From Octopus vulgaris (lineage: Eukaryota), in assembly GCA_951406725.2 (NCBI GenBank), contig OX597828.1, positions 61,194,001-61,258,000 of the forward strand: a DNA stretch of 64,000 nucleotides. Reading direction: 5' to 3'. Positions 12,212 through 25,241 of this stretch are shown one piece after another (the stretch's first letter is position 1; each line of letters begins with the position of its first letter). The translations under genes and the position numbers were made by a program. The notes beneath the pieces were generated by a model. It made no database searches and had not been told where the DNA came from. It saw only the letters and a list, made by a program, of their open reading frames with translations.

Positions 12212-13263
12212 CGACGGGCTTCTTTCAGTTTCCGTCTACCAAATCCACTCACAAGGCTTTGGTCGGCCCGAGGCTATAGTAGAAGACACTTGCCCAAGGT
12301 GCCACGCAGTGGAACTGAACCCGGAATCCGGAACTGAACCCGAAATCTAATAACGTAATAGAAACAAATATATACTATAAGCCTACGGATTCCAAGCAAT
12401 ATCTTCCATTCAATTCATGCCACCCCAGACACATCAGAATGAATATCCCCTTCAACCTAGCAAAAAGGATATGTACTATAGTTTCTAATGCAAACACCAG
12501 AGACACACGACTACATGAACTAAAAGGTACACTCATCACCAGGAACTACCCACCTTCACTAATTGACATATGCATTCAACTCAACACCCAGGAACTCAGA
12601 CATCCCAGATTAAAGAAAAATTTACAACCAAAAGCCTTACCATACATCCCTCTCAAGAATGAAGCTTTCGACACCATCCTCCAAAACATACCCCTGCTAA
12701 AAAAGGACCACAGAATGAACTTAATCCTCCAAACACACACGATCATAAAAAGCAAGAGACAGCCCAAATCTATGAAAAGTCTCCTAACACAAGCCCGAAT
12801 ACGCTCAACAACACAGAAGCCGTCAGGAAAAAAATGTGGAAGACCCAATTGTGGGATATGTGATTATCTAATTGAGGGATCAAAGTTCTCCTTCAAACGG
12901 GGACAACGTTTCACAGTGAAAAGCAACTTCACATGTGATTCGGAGAACCTGATATACACACTGACCTGCTCTGGGTGTCAGGAGCAATACATAGGCCAAA
13001 CAAAAAATAGTCTACGTAAAAGAATGGCCCTGCACAGACCCCAGATAAAAATTCCCCAAAGCAGAAAAATAGCATTCAGCCAACACATAGACATTTGCGC
13101 CAACAACGAAAATCCAAGCTTCAGTATTTTTCCCCTCTACCAATTCAGGGACGATACAACCTGGAGCCAACGAATTAGTAAAGAAACTCTCTTTATTACA
13201 AATTACAGGCCCCTTCTGAACGCGTCTACGACAAACGACATATTCACCTCGGCCTTAGAATAA
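11530..13263 (+). mobile_element. 5'-truncated Penelope-like element (RT + GIY-YIG), split by a SINE
   Basis: ORF 11548: NYFAFKDNFY..GTVMGTRMAPSFANL..WKRHLDDCF..FTME..PFLDILIKK. After the SINE: IYYKPTDSKQYLPFNSCHPRH, CGRPNCGIC, NLIYTLTCSGCQEQYIGQT..LRKRMALH (ORF 12439-13263). Confidence 0.95.
11912..12341 (-). mobile_element. SINE family A inserted in the PLE RT
   Basis: Reverse complement of SINE A. Apparent TSD GAAAT (11907-11911 and 12342-12346); excision gives in-frame IKKSNNVIET. The B-box segment GGAACTGAACCCG is duplicated at its 5' end. Confidence 0.9.
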
Positions 13264-13999
13264 CACAGATATACACGCAAATATTAAAAATGATACACTC
13301 AAGAGATTCCCAAGAATTCATTTAAAAACAGTTCCAATCACTGCTATAATCCATTAGGGGCCAATTTTAAGTCATTTAACAACTTACTACTTTCACACTA
13401 CCTACATACATTCTTATTCTCCCTTCTCTTTCTTCTTATATTTCTTCTTCTTCTTCTTCTTCTTCTTCTTCTTCTTCTTCTTTTTCTTCTTCCTCCTGAT
13501 CTAACACAATGAACAGAGTTAAAACAGTAATCACTCAGAGCAAGAGATACATATACCACACGTGACGGCAGAGCAAACGACACTGAGAGTTACCAAGAAC
13601 GTAATACGTCAGCGCCATCTATTGCTAAACTAAATAATGAGCTTTCTCATAGTTTTTTTTATTGCTGTTGTTTCTTTAATTATGAATTAAGATCGCTTTC
13701 ATTTTAATCAAATTTTATAATACGGCCTATATCTAGCCGAAAGTATAGTTATAATTTCCCGCATGCGCGTAACTCCAAATCTTAACGTGCTGGGACAATT
13801 CGGAATCAGCATCCTCGATAAAGTCTAAAACACCTGCTTTTATCCCAGTAGCAATATTTTTGTTGTCCAGTGTTATCTAAACCAAGAAGCGTCCCAACAA
13901 AGCTGCTGTCCAAAACTGAAACGAGGAAAGAATGAAAGAGTGGAATAAATTCGTGTGTGGGAGTTTGTGTGCGCGCGCGCGCGCGCGTGTGTGTGTTTG

Positions 14000-14122
<123 letters not shown>

Positions 14123-14652
14123 TTGTGTGTGTGTGGTTGTGTGTTTGTGTGTTTGTGTAAGAAGAGAATCTAGTGAAGCCGGTGGCTGTTTATGTTGGCA
14201 AAATTGCATTTATGGGTATAAAAGTAAAAATATGCTAGACAAGCCAATAGTCTCTCTGAATGAAATGGCATTCCATCGCAGGGATGCCCATATACTTCTG
14301 AGAGGACTGAAGCAACTTGAAAGGAAGCATTTTGTTTAAGAACAGTACATACAATACCAACGCAGCAGATATCAAACATAGCAGATATTAAAAAAAAAGA
14401 ACCTAATTACAAATATAAGAAAAGGAAAAACATGTGAATTACTAAACCAATTTGTAAAGGCCTCGCTGAGAAAATTTGAAGGAAACAAGAGATGCATTCT
14501 CAAAGAGAAAACATCCAAATATCTCTCATCCGTCCCAGTTTAACTCTCCAGAAAACAGTTTCCACTCCCCTTTGATCTGGTTTTCAACTCTAAAAATTAC
14601 TGTCACACACACACACACACACACACACACATTGTATATGTATGTATATACA

Positions 14653-14713
<61 letters not shown>

Positions 14714-14755
14714 GCATATATATATATAAACATATGTATATTTCTATATGTAGTT

Positions 14756-16593
14756 TATTCTTTTATTCGTTATTCTTTTACTCTTTTACTTGTTTCACTC
14801 ATTTGACTGCGGCCATGCTGGAGCATCGCATAAAAGGATTTTTGTTGAAGAAATAGATCCCAGGTCTTATTATTTTTAAGCCTGCTACTTATTCTAGCGT
14901 ACTCTTTTGCCGAACCGCTAAGTTATCGGGACGTAAACACACCAACACTGGTTGTCAAGCGCGGCGGGGTAGGGTGGGGGACAAACACAGACATAAAGAC
15001 ATGCACAGATAAATATACACATATATATACAACGAGCTTCTTTTAGTTTCCGTCTACCAAATCCATTCACAAGGCTTTGGTCGGTCCGAGGCTATAGAAG
15101 AAGACACCTGCCCAAGGTACCACGTAGCAAGACTGAACACAGGACAATGTGACTGGGAAGCAAGCTTCTTTATTTCTTTCTTTTAAATTGCCATAAAGGC
15201 ATTACACAGAAGGGGACACTACAACACTTGTGGGGAAATATAACAATTAAAAATATAAAAATAAGATATGATATAATGAATGACACATGAAAATGAACAT
15301 GAAAAACAAATTAAAATATGATAACATGAATGATATCTGAAAATGATATTATGAAGAGTGTGCTACTCACCCCACACAGAGTAACACGACTCGCCGCCTC
15401 TGGGGTCTAAGTCCTTTTTCTCCTTCAGTCCTCTTTCGCCTTACCCCATCACTTAGTGACATCATTCTCTCCGCCATGCATTCGTAACCTTTTTCACTTC
15501 TAAATTTTGTGGTATCTGTTCTTTCTTTTTTTCTTGTGGGGAAATAGTGTGGGTGGGTTTGGTGTCTGTATGGGGAGCGTGGGTCTAAGTGGTCTTGGGT
15601 GGGATGGAATGGACTGGGGTACCACATCCTCAGTGTTTTTTCTTTTCTTCTCTTTCTCCTTCTGCTCTCTGTAACTTTCCTTTCTTCCTCCTTTTCCTCC
15701 TTTCCTTTTGTCTTTTCTTCCTCTCTTCTCTTCCGTCGCCACAACTGTTTCCTCAGAGGGCAGTATACTCTAATGTGGCCCTTTTGGCCACATTTAAAAC
15801 AACGTAGTACTCTGCCCTCTACGTCACCGTCTCTGCCAAGTTCTCCAGTTGACCCTCCTCTGTCTGAATAATGAGTTCAAGTGTCTTTCCTTTCCACCCT
15901 CCTTCTTCTGTTTCTGTGGCTTGGAGGACAGCCATCTTCTCCTCGCTTCCAACAAGGACAGCTGCCGCTACCCAAGCCACTTCTATATCCGGTGGAATTG
16001 CTTCTACCCTCACCTTGGAAGTCTTTTTTCCCAGGTATGTGGGCAGAAGCACTACTTCTGTTTTCACCGCCACACTCGCCAGCCTCCTCGCCTCCTCTAC
16101 TGTCCTAAATAGGACGGCCATTCTCCCATATCTTCTTCCTTTGGTTATGTAATTTATCCCCTTTGTTCGTTCCCTCAGCGTCTTTTCACTTCTGCCTCCA
16201 CCTGTTCTGCCTTTTTCCTTTCAACGAGTACACTTTATTGGTGATCGTTTACTTCTCCATTCTCTCCATAATTCCTTTGGGGAGCGACAACTTCACATCG
16301 CCGCCCACCTTCTGAGCCATCTTCTCGTACTCCTTCAGACCAGTCAAGTCCAGATCCCTTTGCTTCGCCTCCGTGGCTTCAGCAAAACCCCTTGTCTTCA
16401 TTATTCCGTCCATCTTTATGACTGCCCTTACCAGCTCCTCCTCTTCCTCTTCCGACGACAAGTCAGACCCGTCAAGGTCTGAGTGCATCTTGTAAGCAAC
16501 AAAAAAACTACGTCAGACTCTTACAAAATCCAGACTGCAAATAGCACGACGCATGCGCGAAAGCAAGCTTCTTACCACAATGTCACGCTTATG

Positions 16594-16597
<4 letters not shown>
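14756..16597 (-). mobile_element. SINE family A (14756-15170 plus 16574-16597), split by a 1.4-kb insertion
   Basis: The SINE body ends at ..GGGAAGCAAGCTTCTT and the head resumes as AAGCAAGCTTCTTACCACA..CGCTTATGCCT at 16561. Confidence 0.85.
15171..16560 (-). mobile_element. Non-autonomous ORF1-only non-LTR element (L1/Tx1-like gag with CCHC knuckle), 13-bp TSD
   Basis: TSD AAGCAAGCTTCTT at 15158-15170 and 16561-16573. Broken ORF from ATG 16488: ..KGRRYGRMAVLF..LLPTYLGKKTSKVRVEAIPPDI.., then VEGRVLRCFKCGQKGHIRVYCP (CX2CX4HX4C, ~15757-15822). A-rich 3' end; no RT or EN. Confidence 0.8.
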
Positions 16598-16654
<57 letters not shown>

Positions 16655-16799
16655 CATACTAAGTCTGCTTAGTACGGAGGGTGATTTTCTTTTGACATCG
16701 TGCTGGATGAAGAACAAAAGTTTTCAAAAGGTAGAGGAACTCAGAATATATAAAGGATGAGTTAAAATAATTAACTTTGTATTAGACAATGCGAACGTT

Positions 16800-17560
16800 T
16801 CGTTTGCAATTAAGGTATTTAGATAAATTAGACATTACCATGGGGGCATTTGTAATCCTTTGTCGCCCGATTTATACATAGTGTTTTTAACGGAACTTTA
16901 ATTTCTTAGGGTTTTATGGTAAAGTAAGAAAATAGGACTAGTTAGGCAACTTAGGGGTTGTTTCAGATGTTCAGATGATAATTTCGTTCCGAATTATAGT
17001 TTCTTTGAATGATTATTATCTGAAATTTACCTTAGGGATTTGAATTCTAGCAGGAGTTTTAAGGATATTTCGGGTCAAATTTGTAACATATTTATCGTTA
17101 CGAATATGTACAATATGACTAGCCAATTTGAGTTTCAAGTATCGATGAAACCTTATGCTAATAGTTGCACGCTAAATAGGAAAGATGCAATGTGTTTGCG
17201 GCACGAATTGTAAAATTTTCAAAAGTAACTCATAAAAATGAACTATTGCTTAAAGATACTGAGTATCTTATTAGATGTCCTGTTAAGCAAGGTTTTAATT
17301 AGGCAATTTAATTATAGTGTCGATTTACACAATGACATTTTGAGTTCGGGATTATACCAAGCTTGTAATTGGGTTGTGAACTGGAAGCTTAGAAAGATAT
17401 TCTTAATATTTTAACCATAGCACATTGATGCATTGATTTGAATGTTTGTTTGAATTTTTTGAATAGCATCACTCAACCGGTTAGTATTGCCTTTTTTTTT
17501 CTTATTGCATAACAATGCTCACTCTCGTTTTGTGCCTAATTTTGCCTCTGTGAGTTCCGG
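16800..17560 (-). mobile_element. Highly decayed PLE-like 3' fragment
   Basis: Weak resemblance to the C-terminal regions of other PLEs here (e.g. YKCPH near 16845); no intact ORF. Confidence 0.3.
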
Positions 17561-17721
17561 TCAGCCGTAGAATTCTTTCTTTCTAAATAGCCGGGGCCTG
17601 GATACAATGGCTTCTTTAGTATTGTCCATAATGCATGCCGAGAGTCTAGCCGTTCTTTGAATGTTATTGTTATATAAATTTACTAGCAGAGATACTCGCT
17701 GTTGCTCAGGATTAAAATGGC

Positions 17722-17842
17722 ATAGTTTTTTTGTTTTACTTGTTTCATTTATGTAACTACGGCCATGCTGGAGCACCGCCTTTAGTCGAAGAAATCGACC
17801 TCAGGATTTATTCGTTGTAAGCCTAGTACTTGATCTATCGAT
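17722..17842 (-). mobile_element. SINE family A 3' fragment
   Basis: GGCCATGCTGGAGCACCGCCTTTAGTCGA..AAGCCTAGTACTT. Confidence 0.85.
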
Positions 17843-18329
17843 GTGTGTGTGTGTTTTGCAACTATGTACCATGTTTGTATGTATGGATGTGCATCTCCAT
17901 ATGTGTGGACACGTGTCTCCATATGTGTCCTTGTGTGAAGTAAAGTGTGTGTGTATATATGGTCATGTGTTTCAGTCTCGATTTGCATGTGTCTGCTTGT
18001 CTGTTTATATAACATATGTACCTATCCGTCTGTATGTTGATCTGTTTATTTTCCTATCCATATGCTTACATACATGTTCATATACACATATTATTCCGAC
18101 ACATACACACACACACATACATACATCTATCTACCTAACAGCCCACTAACTATTCTACTCCACCTGTGTAAACTGTGGGTATGGGAGGTATGATATCTAC
18201 TATGTATATTTCCTATTTAGTATCGGGGAAGTTTCATGTGACTTGGGTCAACTTGACATCCGCATCTCATCCAAGCACTCAAAAACCCAACACTCAGACA
18301 AATACGGGTGTACGTCCTTATAAACGAAA

Positions 18330-19045
18330 CTTTGTAAGCGAAGGACTGGAAATGGATTTGGAGGAGGAGGATTTCACAGATTTGTTTGAGAAAGACAAGC
18401 AGCCCCTGACGAACAAGAATTTGATTGAGCTTCACGAACAGCAAAATAAAGAAGTGGAAGTTGAACCTGAGCCACGTCACTTTACCATTAAGAAAATGCA
18501 GCAAGCATTTGCATATATCCCAAAAGGTCTTTCTATGTTCGAGGATATGGATCCAAATGTTCAACGCTTTTCCAAGATTACGGGAGTTTGTCACAAACTT
18601 TTATAAAAAGCCGCTAGAAAACCCATTATAGCAGCGACTCCATCTAAGCAGATCTGAAGAAGGAATATTATTCCAAAATATCATATCAGACTATGGATGA
18701 CTAAATTACAACAGGTGTTAATAGCCCATTGTCTGTATTATAGTGCATTGTTGTACCATTCAAATCTTTTTATTTTTTACAAACAATACACAATGCTTCA
18801 AGAGAACTACAATACTCGCCAATAATTACTGAATTTGTTTTTAAGCTTAAAAAAGGCTTTCGTTTTATCATGTCTTATTGCAAACCGCATTCATATATAA
18901 AGCGTCCGCGATGTACGGTAAACATCGCCAAACTGTATTCGTAAATTGAGATTATATTTTTTTTTACTACACTGCATCAATAAATAAAAATGATTTGTTT
19001 ATAGGTAATAAAAAACACAACGAAACGTTCGCGTCGAACCTACTG
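18330..19045 (+). mobile_element. Tigger/pogo transposon 3' remnant (transposase C-terminus and probable right TIR)
   Basis: MDLEEEDFTDLF..LTNKNLIEL..EPRHFTIKKMQQAF..FEDMDPNVQRFSK resembles the Tigger1-type transposase C-terminus. Ends ..CGAACCTACTG, compatible with a CAG-type TIR. Confidence 0.7.
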
Positions 19046-19059
19046 TGATTTTCAGTGTA

Positions 19060-19856
19060 AATTTTTGTAAGAAAGTGAGAGTTGTTGTTACTATTACTGT
19101 TGATTTGACTGTTGAAGCGTCTCGCGCGTGTTGCTGTTACTTGCTGCTGTTGTTTTGATTATTTTTAAAATCTCCATTGGGGGTGAAGAAAGGCGTAGCA
19201 TTATGGAAAGCTACGTGAAAACTGCTGCAACAAAGGCAGCTACACAGTTGGAAGCCAGGAGGGTACATATTGATAAAGAGGAAACATCGAATGGTTTTTG
19301 TTTGGTGAAGAAGGAGGAAGGCGCAATGAAGCTGGTCTCCACTCAAGAGTCTATCGGAGATAAAAGCGAGAAAACGTTGGTGTGCCGTACGCAAGCGGTT
19401 ACCATAAATAAAATTGAGAAATTGTTGGAGGAAGACGTGGAGGAGTGCCTAGGAAATATTATGCAAAAGGCGACATTCGTAAGCAGAGGAAGGAGGTATG
19501 GCACAGTGGAGGTGAAGTTTGCAACCAAAGAAGAGACGGTCTCACACCCCACCGCTGTCCTGAGATCGGAAATGGTAGTACTGTTACCTACATATAAGGG
19601 AAGGCGCTACGTCAGGGTTAGGATAGCTAGGGTGCCGCCTGAAATTAAGACGGAGTGGTTGGTAGCGGCCATCCTAGCGACCACCGAAGATAAGCCAGGG
19701 CTCAGAGAGGTTGGAAGAACGGATATGTTGAATTGATGAGGAAGCAGAGTAGAGATGTGGCTCTTCACCACATTTGAAGATATTGAGAGGCTTCCCTACC
19801 AAGTAGTGTTTGAAGGGGAAAATTTCCTGAATGTAATAGTAGAGGATTGCAGGAGT
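19060..19856 (+). mobile_element. L1/Tx1-like ORF1 fragment, paralogue of 15171-16560
   Basis: ORF 19128-19736 VSRGRRYGTVEVKF..LLPTYKGRRYVRVRIARVPPEIKTEWLVAAIL aligns by eye with the 15.8-16.2 kb minus-strand peptide. Truncated before the zinc knuckle. Confidence 0.75.
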
Positions 19857-19859
19857 GAA

Positions 19860-21780
19860 CACGCCTGTTGACAGACAGGACCAGATGGACTGACATAATG
19901 TAATGTATCTAAATTGTCTACCATTATTTTGTGAATACTTACGAACATACACACTGTCCAGGAACAGACAACAATTGTGCAGTTGTCTGCACCGGGAGTT
20001 TTCTTAGATGGATACGAATTAAACAAAAGGGACTTAATGTATCTATCTACATTTTCCCTCTACTTTCATTTTAACTTTCGTGTCATGTGGTACTTTTCTC
20101 ACTTTCAGGTTAGTTCACCTTTGTGTGTAGCATCGATGAACACCGAACACTGGAAATTGTTTTTTGTCATACCGGGAATGTTATCCAGTTTTTTTTTTCA
20201 ACTCTGTTCGAGAATTTAGTCCGGAATGTGAGTTACACTCCATTAATATCAATGCTGATGATGTTTTCAAACTTTTGTTTGGCTCTCTTGTATACTCTGA
20301 TTCGATCTGGCTGATTGTATTCATGTTTTTTGAGTTTATGTGGTGGTCATATATAAGATGTTTCTCATCAGCCTTACTAGGTCGACTGCTAGGATTCATT
20401 TTTGCGTTTGTTGATATAGCAGGGATCCGAAGGATCGGGTGCTTTATAGAATGTAAGTGGAGTATATATTTCTTGCCGTGTATAATTTCTAGCCATGGTT
20501 ATGTATCTAGAACTGGTAGTCTTTTGTTGGGTAATCAATGATAATTTTTATGCTTTATAGATGGAGTTTGCTATCTTCTGGAACTTTTTTAGAGTATGCT
20601 TTTTCTATTTCCTTGTGGAGTGGTTTTAATCACAATGTTTCTGCCATCTACATAAGAATACATCCTGAAAGGAATGGGTTTCTCTATTAGGTTTTGTTTG
20701 AATTGTTTATTCCACCATACCATGAAGTGAATGGTCACATCTCCAGCAACGCCAACGCCAATTGTTGCAAATTTGTCTTATTAAATTCAAACATATGTCC
20801 TTTTAGTGTTGTTTTTGTAATAGCCCTAATCACATGTGCTGTCATTTCTTATCTGGCCATAGTTTCTTGAAATTTGGATGGGTTTATTTCATCATTCCCA
20901 ACGTTCAATGGAGGTCTTATTTGTTGCAAAAGTAATGCTAAGTGGTTCACCTTCCTCTATTCTGGTTGGACAAAAGCTTTTCAGCTCATTTCTGTTTAGA
21001 TACTCACTATCGTACGTGAAGAAGAGTCCTAGGGTTCATGATAGTGTTTGTAGTCATCGATTCTACTGAGATCTTCAATGCTATCCCATACATTTGAATA
21101 TATTTGAAGGATCAAGTTACTGAAGGTGTTAGATTCGGCAGACTAGTCAGGTTGGTGATCCAGTAAGTAGACTTAGGAAGGATTTGTGTCTTTCTTAAGT
21201 CCAGGTACGTTGGTGTTTATGACCTAAAAGTTGTAAAGTTGTTTGCAATGCTTTGTCGGAGTTCAAGGATGTTGAATCACATAACCTTATATGTTTGGTC
21301 ATATGGTTTCTTACCATATGATTTATTCGAAGGATTATACAAGTTCTGAGGGGCATTTGTATTACTGTCCTCAGGGTTTGTAGTCAGGTTAGAATAAAAG
21401 TTGTTACTCCTACATGTATTCCAAAGGGAGTTATACTCGTTGTGGCTAATATTCTTTAATTTCTATCTAATTTCTGTAAAATATTTTTCTATTTCAGATA
21501 GACATTTTTTGTATAAGTCATTCTTTGGTGGTAACGTTTTAACCAGATGTTTTCTCCTTATCCAGTTGCATAGCACTGTAAACTTTGATAGATTTTTGTG
21601 TTAGCATTTTAAGCTTGCTTTTATGCATTAAAATAATTAGTGAACAGTCAGCTATAATACTTTCACCAGTGGTGTTAGGGTATTCTCACTTCTCACTGGC
21701 AGAGTGGTGTTGTCGGTGCTTCATCCATTTTAGTTAGTTGTAGAAGTGTCGGTTTCAACTGTTGTTTATGTGTCGGTATT
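19860..21780 (-). mobile_element. Heavily decayed Penelope-like RT region
   Basis: Minus-strand remnants in the expected order: YSYVDG (RYVDD-like, ~20650), PVLDT (PFLD-like, ~20510), HLHSIKHP (~20445). Confidence 0.45.
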
Positions 21781-21786
21781 CTCATG

Positions 21787-22245
21787 AGGGCGGCGAGCTG
21801 GCAGAAACGTTAGAACGCCGGGCGAAATGCTTAGCAGTATTTCGTTTGTCTCTACGTTCTGAGTTCAAATTCCGCTGAGGTCAACTTTGATTTTCATCCT
21901 TTCGGGGTTGATTAAACAAGTACAAGTTACGCACTGGTACTTAATATATAATCGACTTAATCCGTTTGTCTGTCCTTGTTTGTCCTCTCTGCGTTTAGCC
22001 CCTTGTGGGTAGTAAAGAAACAGGTATTTCGACTGCCGCTACGTTCTGAGTTCAAATTCCGCCGAGGTCGACTTTGCCTTTCATCCTTTCGGGGTCGATT
22101 AAATAAGTACCAGTTACGCACTTGGGTCGATATAATCGACTTAATCCGTTTGTCCTTGTTCGTCCCCTCTGTCTTTAGCCCCTTGTGGGTAGCAAAGAAA
22201 TAGGTATTTCTTCCAGTTTTACGTTCTAAGTTCAAATGCCGCCGA
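21787..22245 (+). mobile_element. tRNA-derived SINE family C with tandemly reiterated body (~2.5 units of ~175-180 bp)
   Basis: Head GGCGGCGAGCTGGCAGAAACGTTAG, then repeated ACGTTCTGAGTTCAAATTCCGCCGAGGTCGACTTTGCCTTTCATCCTTTCGGGGTCGAT..TTTAGCCCCTTGTGGGTAG. Confidence 0.85.
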
Positions 22246-23794
22246 AGTATCTATCTATATAAATGAACTTTAGATTAGTTAAAACATGTTTTTGACATAT
22301 TTCAACTTATAAAAGAAAATTCACTGCAGTTACCGTGGAGAGAAATATTCTCGGTCATCTTAAAACAGTCGATATCAGTGACTGAGTTGCGCTCGCAGAC
22401 CATCTACATGGAACGAAAACAATGATATCAGCGCTAAGAAGTGACGAGGAATAAACGAACTTTAGGTTATTTAAAATATGTTTGTGACATATTTGTTCTG
22501 ATCAGGCGGTCCACGGGCGCATCTCAGTCACTGATATCAACTGTTTTAAGATAAAGCTACGTCTTTAGAATCTGCTCCAGTTATCTTTCTTCGGTATCTC
22601 CTGTTGAGGAAGGCTAAAAAACCAAAAATGTGTCTGGGAATCCGCCAAGGGGAGATACTGAGCAGATATAATGCTTTTAAACTTTTTACTACAAAAGGGA
22701 ATTTTTTCTTTTCAATAACAGCAGTTGAAATACATCACAAACCTTTTTTAACTAATCTAAAATTCGTTTATTGCTCATTATTGCTTAGCGCTGATACCAT
22801 TGTCTGTCTGTCTGTATCTATACACGCGCGCATGCACACACACATACACACACGCAAGAATTGTATTGATAAAAAAAAATCTAAGTCCGATGATGGTTTA
22901 GCAAGTCGAGACTTCGAAGTCCCTGTCTATGGTATTCTTGCTACAAAATAATAAAAAGTATGAGTAATCTTTCAGTTGAAAGCAAAATTGTCCTTTATTA
23001 TAACTTAACATGAAAAACAAACATTAAGGTATATGAACGTACAGATATACATACATGTGTACATGTGTGTATGTGTATGCGTGTTTCTATATATATATAC
23101 TTGAGCAAATATATACAAAACATGGCGGGATCGATAGATCTTGCTTTCATTCTTTCCAAATCGTTTTGATTTCAAGACAAATGAAGTAGTCAGAATAAAA
23201 GAAATGAAGAGAAATAGAAAAGATAAACAACGAATGAATGAATAACAGAAGAAAGAACATGAAGAAGAGGAGAAAAGAAAGAGATGAATTATGTAAAAGT
23301 CTTATCCCTATCAAACACTGTCAAAAATAATTGAAATACTCTTCCCTCTTCCTCACTACATCCTTCTTGTATCATCCATGGTCCATATTTGGAAGGCTCT
23401 CTAACCTAACTTCACATCACAACCATCCATCTTCATCACTGATACCCCCATCCCCATCTTTCTCTATCGCTACTACATCAGTGCCGCCTTCACGTCACGT
23501 CTCACAAGTCTGCTTCCGTTGTTGCAACGTAAACTCCTTCGCAAATTCCTTTTGATCATTTGGATTAATCAGGCAGAATCTGATACTTTGTCAGGGATGA
23601 TGATAGTAAAGATTATAGTGCTGCTGATGATGGCGATAATGATAATGATGATGATCGTGTAGGTAGTGGTGATGAGGAAGAGGAAGAAGGAAGATAAGAA
23701 AGAAAAGTAATAATGATGCGTATAATTTGGATGGTGACGATTATGACTATGAGGACTAAAAGCAATATAGATATTGAGAGGAGGAAATAAAGAG

Positions 23795-23849
<55 letters not shown>

Positions 23850-24752
23850 GGGAGAAGTAGAGAAAAAGGATGATGATTATGATGCAGGTGATTATGCGTA
23901 AGAATAAGACAAAGCGAGAGAGAGAGAGAGAGAGGCGCTGATATTTGGGACAGAAAATGTTAACGATAACAACGATGGAGGCAATGATAACGAAAATAAA
24001 ATGAGTGATGATAGATAAATGAAGATAAACAAACGAATGGTTTGAGTAAGTTCAAATAACTTACACAAAGAAGAAAAGGAAAAGCTGATGCTGTGTGTGA
24101 TGATGACAGTGGTGGAGATACTTTGCGTGCGTCGAGAGAACTTGTGTTGTGCCTCTCGGCAAGCAACCAACTATGCTCGCTCTCCAAGTGATACATTCGT
24201 GGCAGAAAGTTTACCATCTTCTGCCCAGTTGTTGCCCTATGCATTTGCAATAACTTTGATATATCTTTACCGCTTATTCTTCATCGTTGTTCATTTGCCT
24301 TGTGGTAGAACAGGAGATCTTTGAAACACGAGTGTGGTCCATACGTAATACATATGAATGGATCTAGCATACACACATACTAAACTCTATTTGTCACCCA
24401 GTCGAACCACTTGGACTTTGGATAACTTTAATGCAGGTCACTTTACTCCAAATATTTCCTTCGTTCTATCTTCCTATCAGTCTTGGAGTAAGTAAGCAGC
24501 CATCAGCACTATTTTCATCCCTAAGTAAGCTGTATTTTTTAAATAAATGTATAATTAGTCTCACTATTAAAATATAAAATGTGGCCGGTACCTAGATGTT
24601 TCCTCAGCTAAAATGCTGAGCATCCACTAGTTCTGGATCTAGCAATACTCCTCCCGATCAATATTTCACCTTCCAACTGTATACATACATACATACATAC
24701 ATACATACATACATACATACATACAGGCATGAGTATTTTAGTTTCCTTTTAG

Positions 24753-24791
<39 letters not shown>

Positions 24792-24793
<2 letters not shown>

Positions 24794-25198
24794 TCTTTTG
24801 ATTCTTCTACTTGTTTCAGTCATTTGACAGCGGCCATGCTGGAGCACCGCCTTAAAGGAGTTTTACTCAAAGAAACCAACCCCAGGACTTATTCTTTGTA
24901 AGCCTAGAACTAATTACATCGGTCTCTTTGGCCGAACCGCTAAGTTATAGAGGCATAAACATATCAGCATCGGTTGTCTAGCAGTGGCGGGAGGAAAAAA
25001 CACAGACATACACATAAATATATTCATACATATACGACAGACTGCTTTCAGTTTCTGCGTACCACATCCACTCACAAGGCTTTGGTCGGTCCGAGGCCGA
25101 GGCTATAGCAAAAAACAACTGTCCAAAGTGCCATGCAGTGGGACTGAACAAAGAACCATGTGGTTGGGAAACAAGCTTCTTATCACACAGCTACGCCT

Positions 25199-25203
<5 letters not shown>
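24792..25203 (-). mobile_element. SINE family A, full length, diverged
   Basis: Reverse complement of SINE A from tail (CTTGTTTCAGTCATTTGAC) to head (CACACAGCTACGCCTGCGC), flanked by (TA)n. Confidence 0.9.
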
Positions 25204-25241
<38 letters not shown>

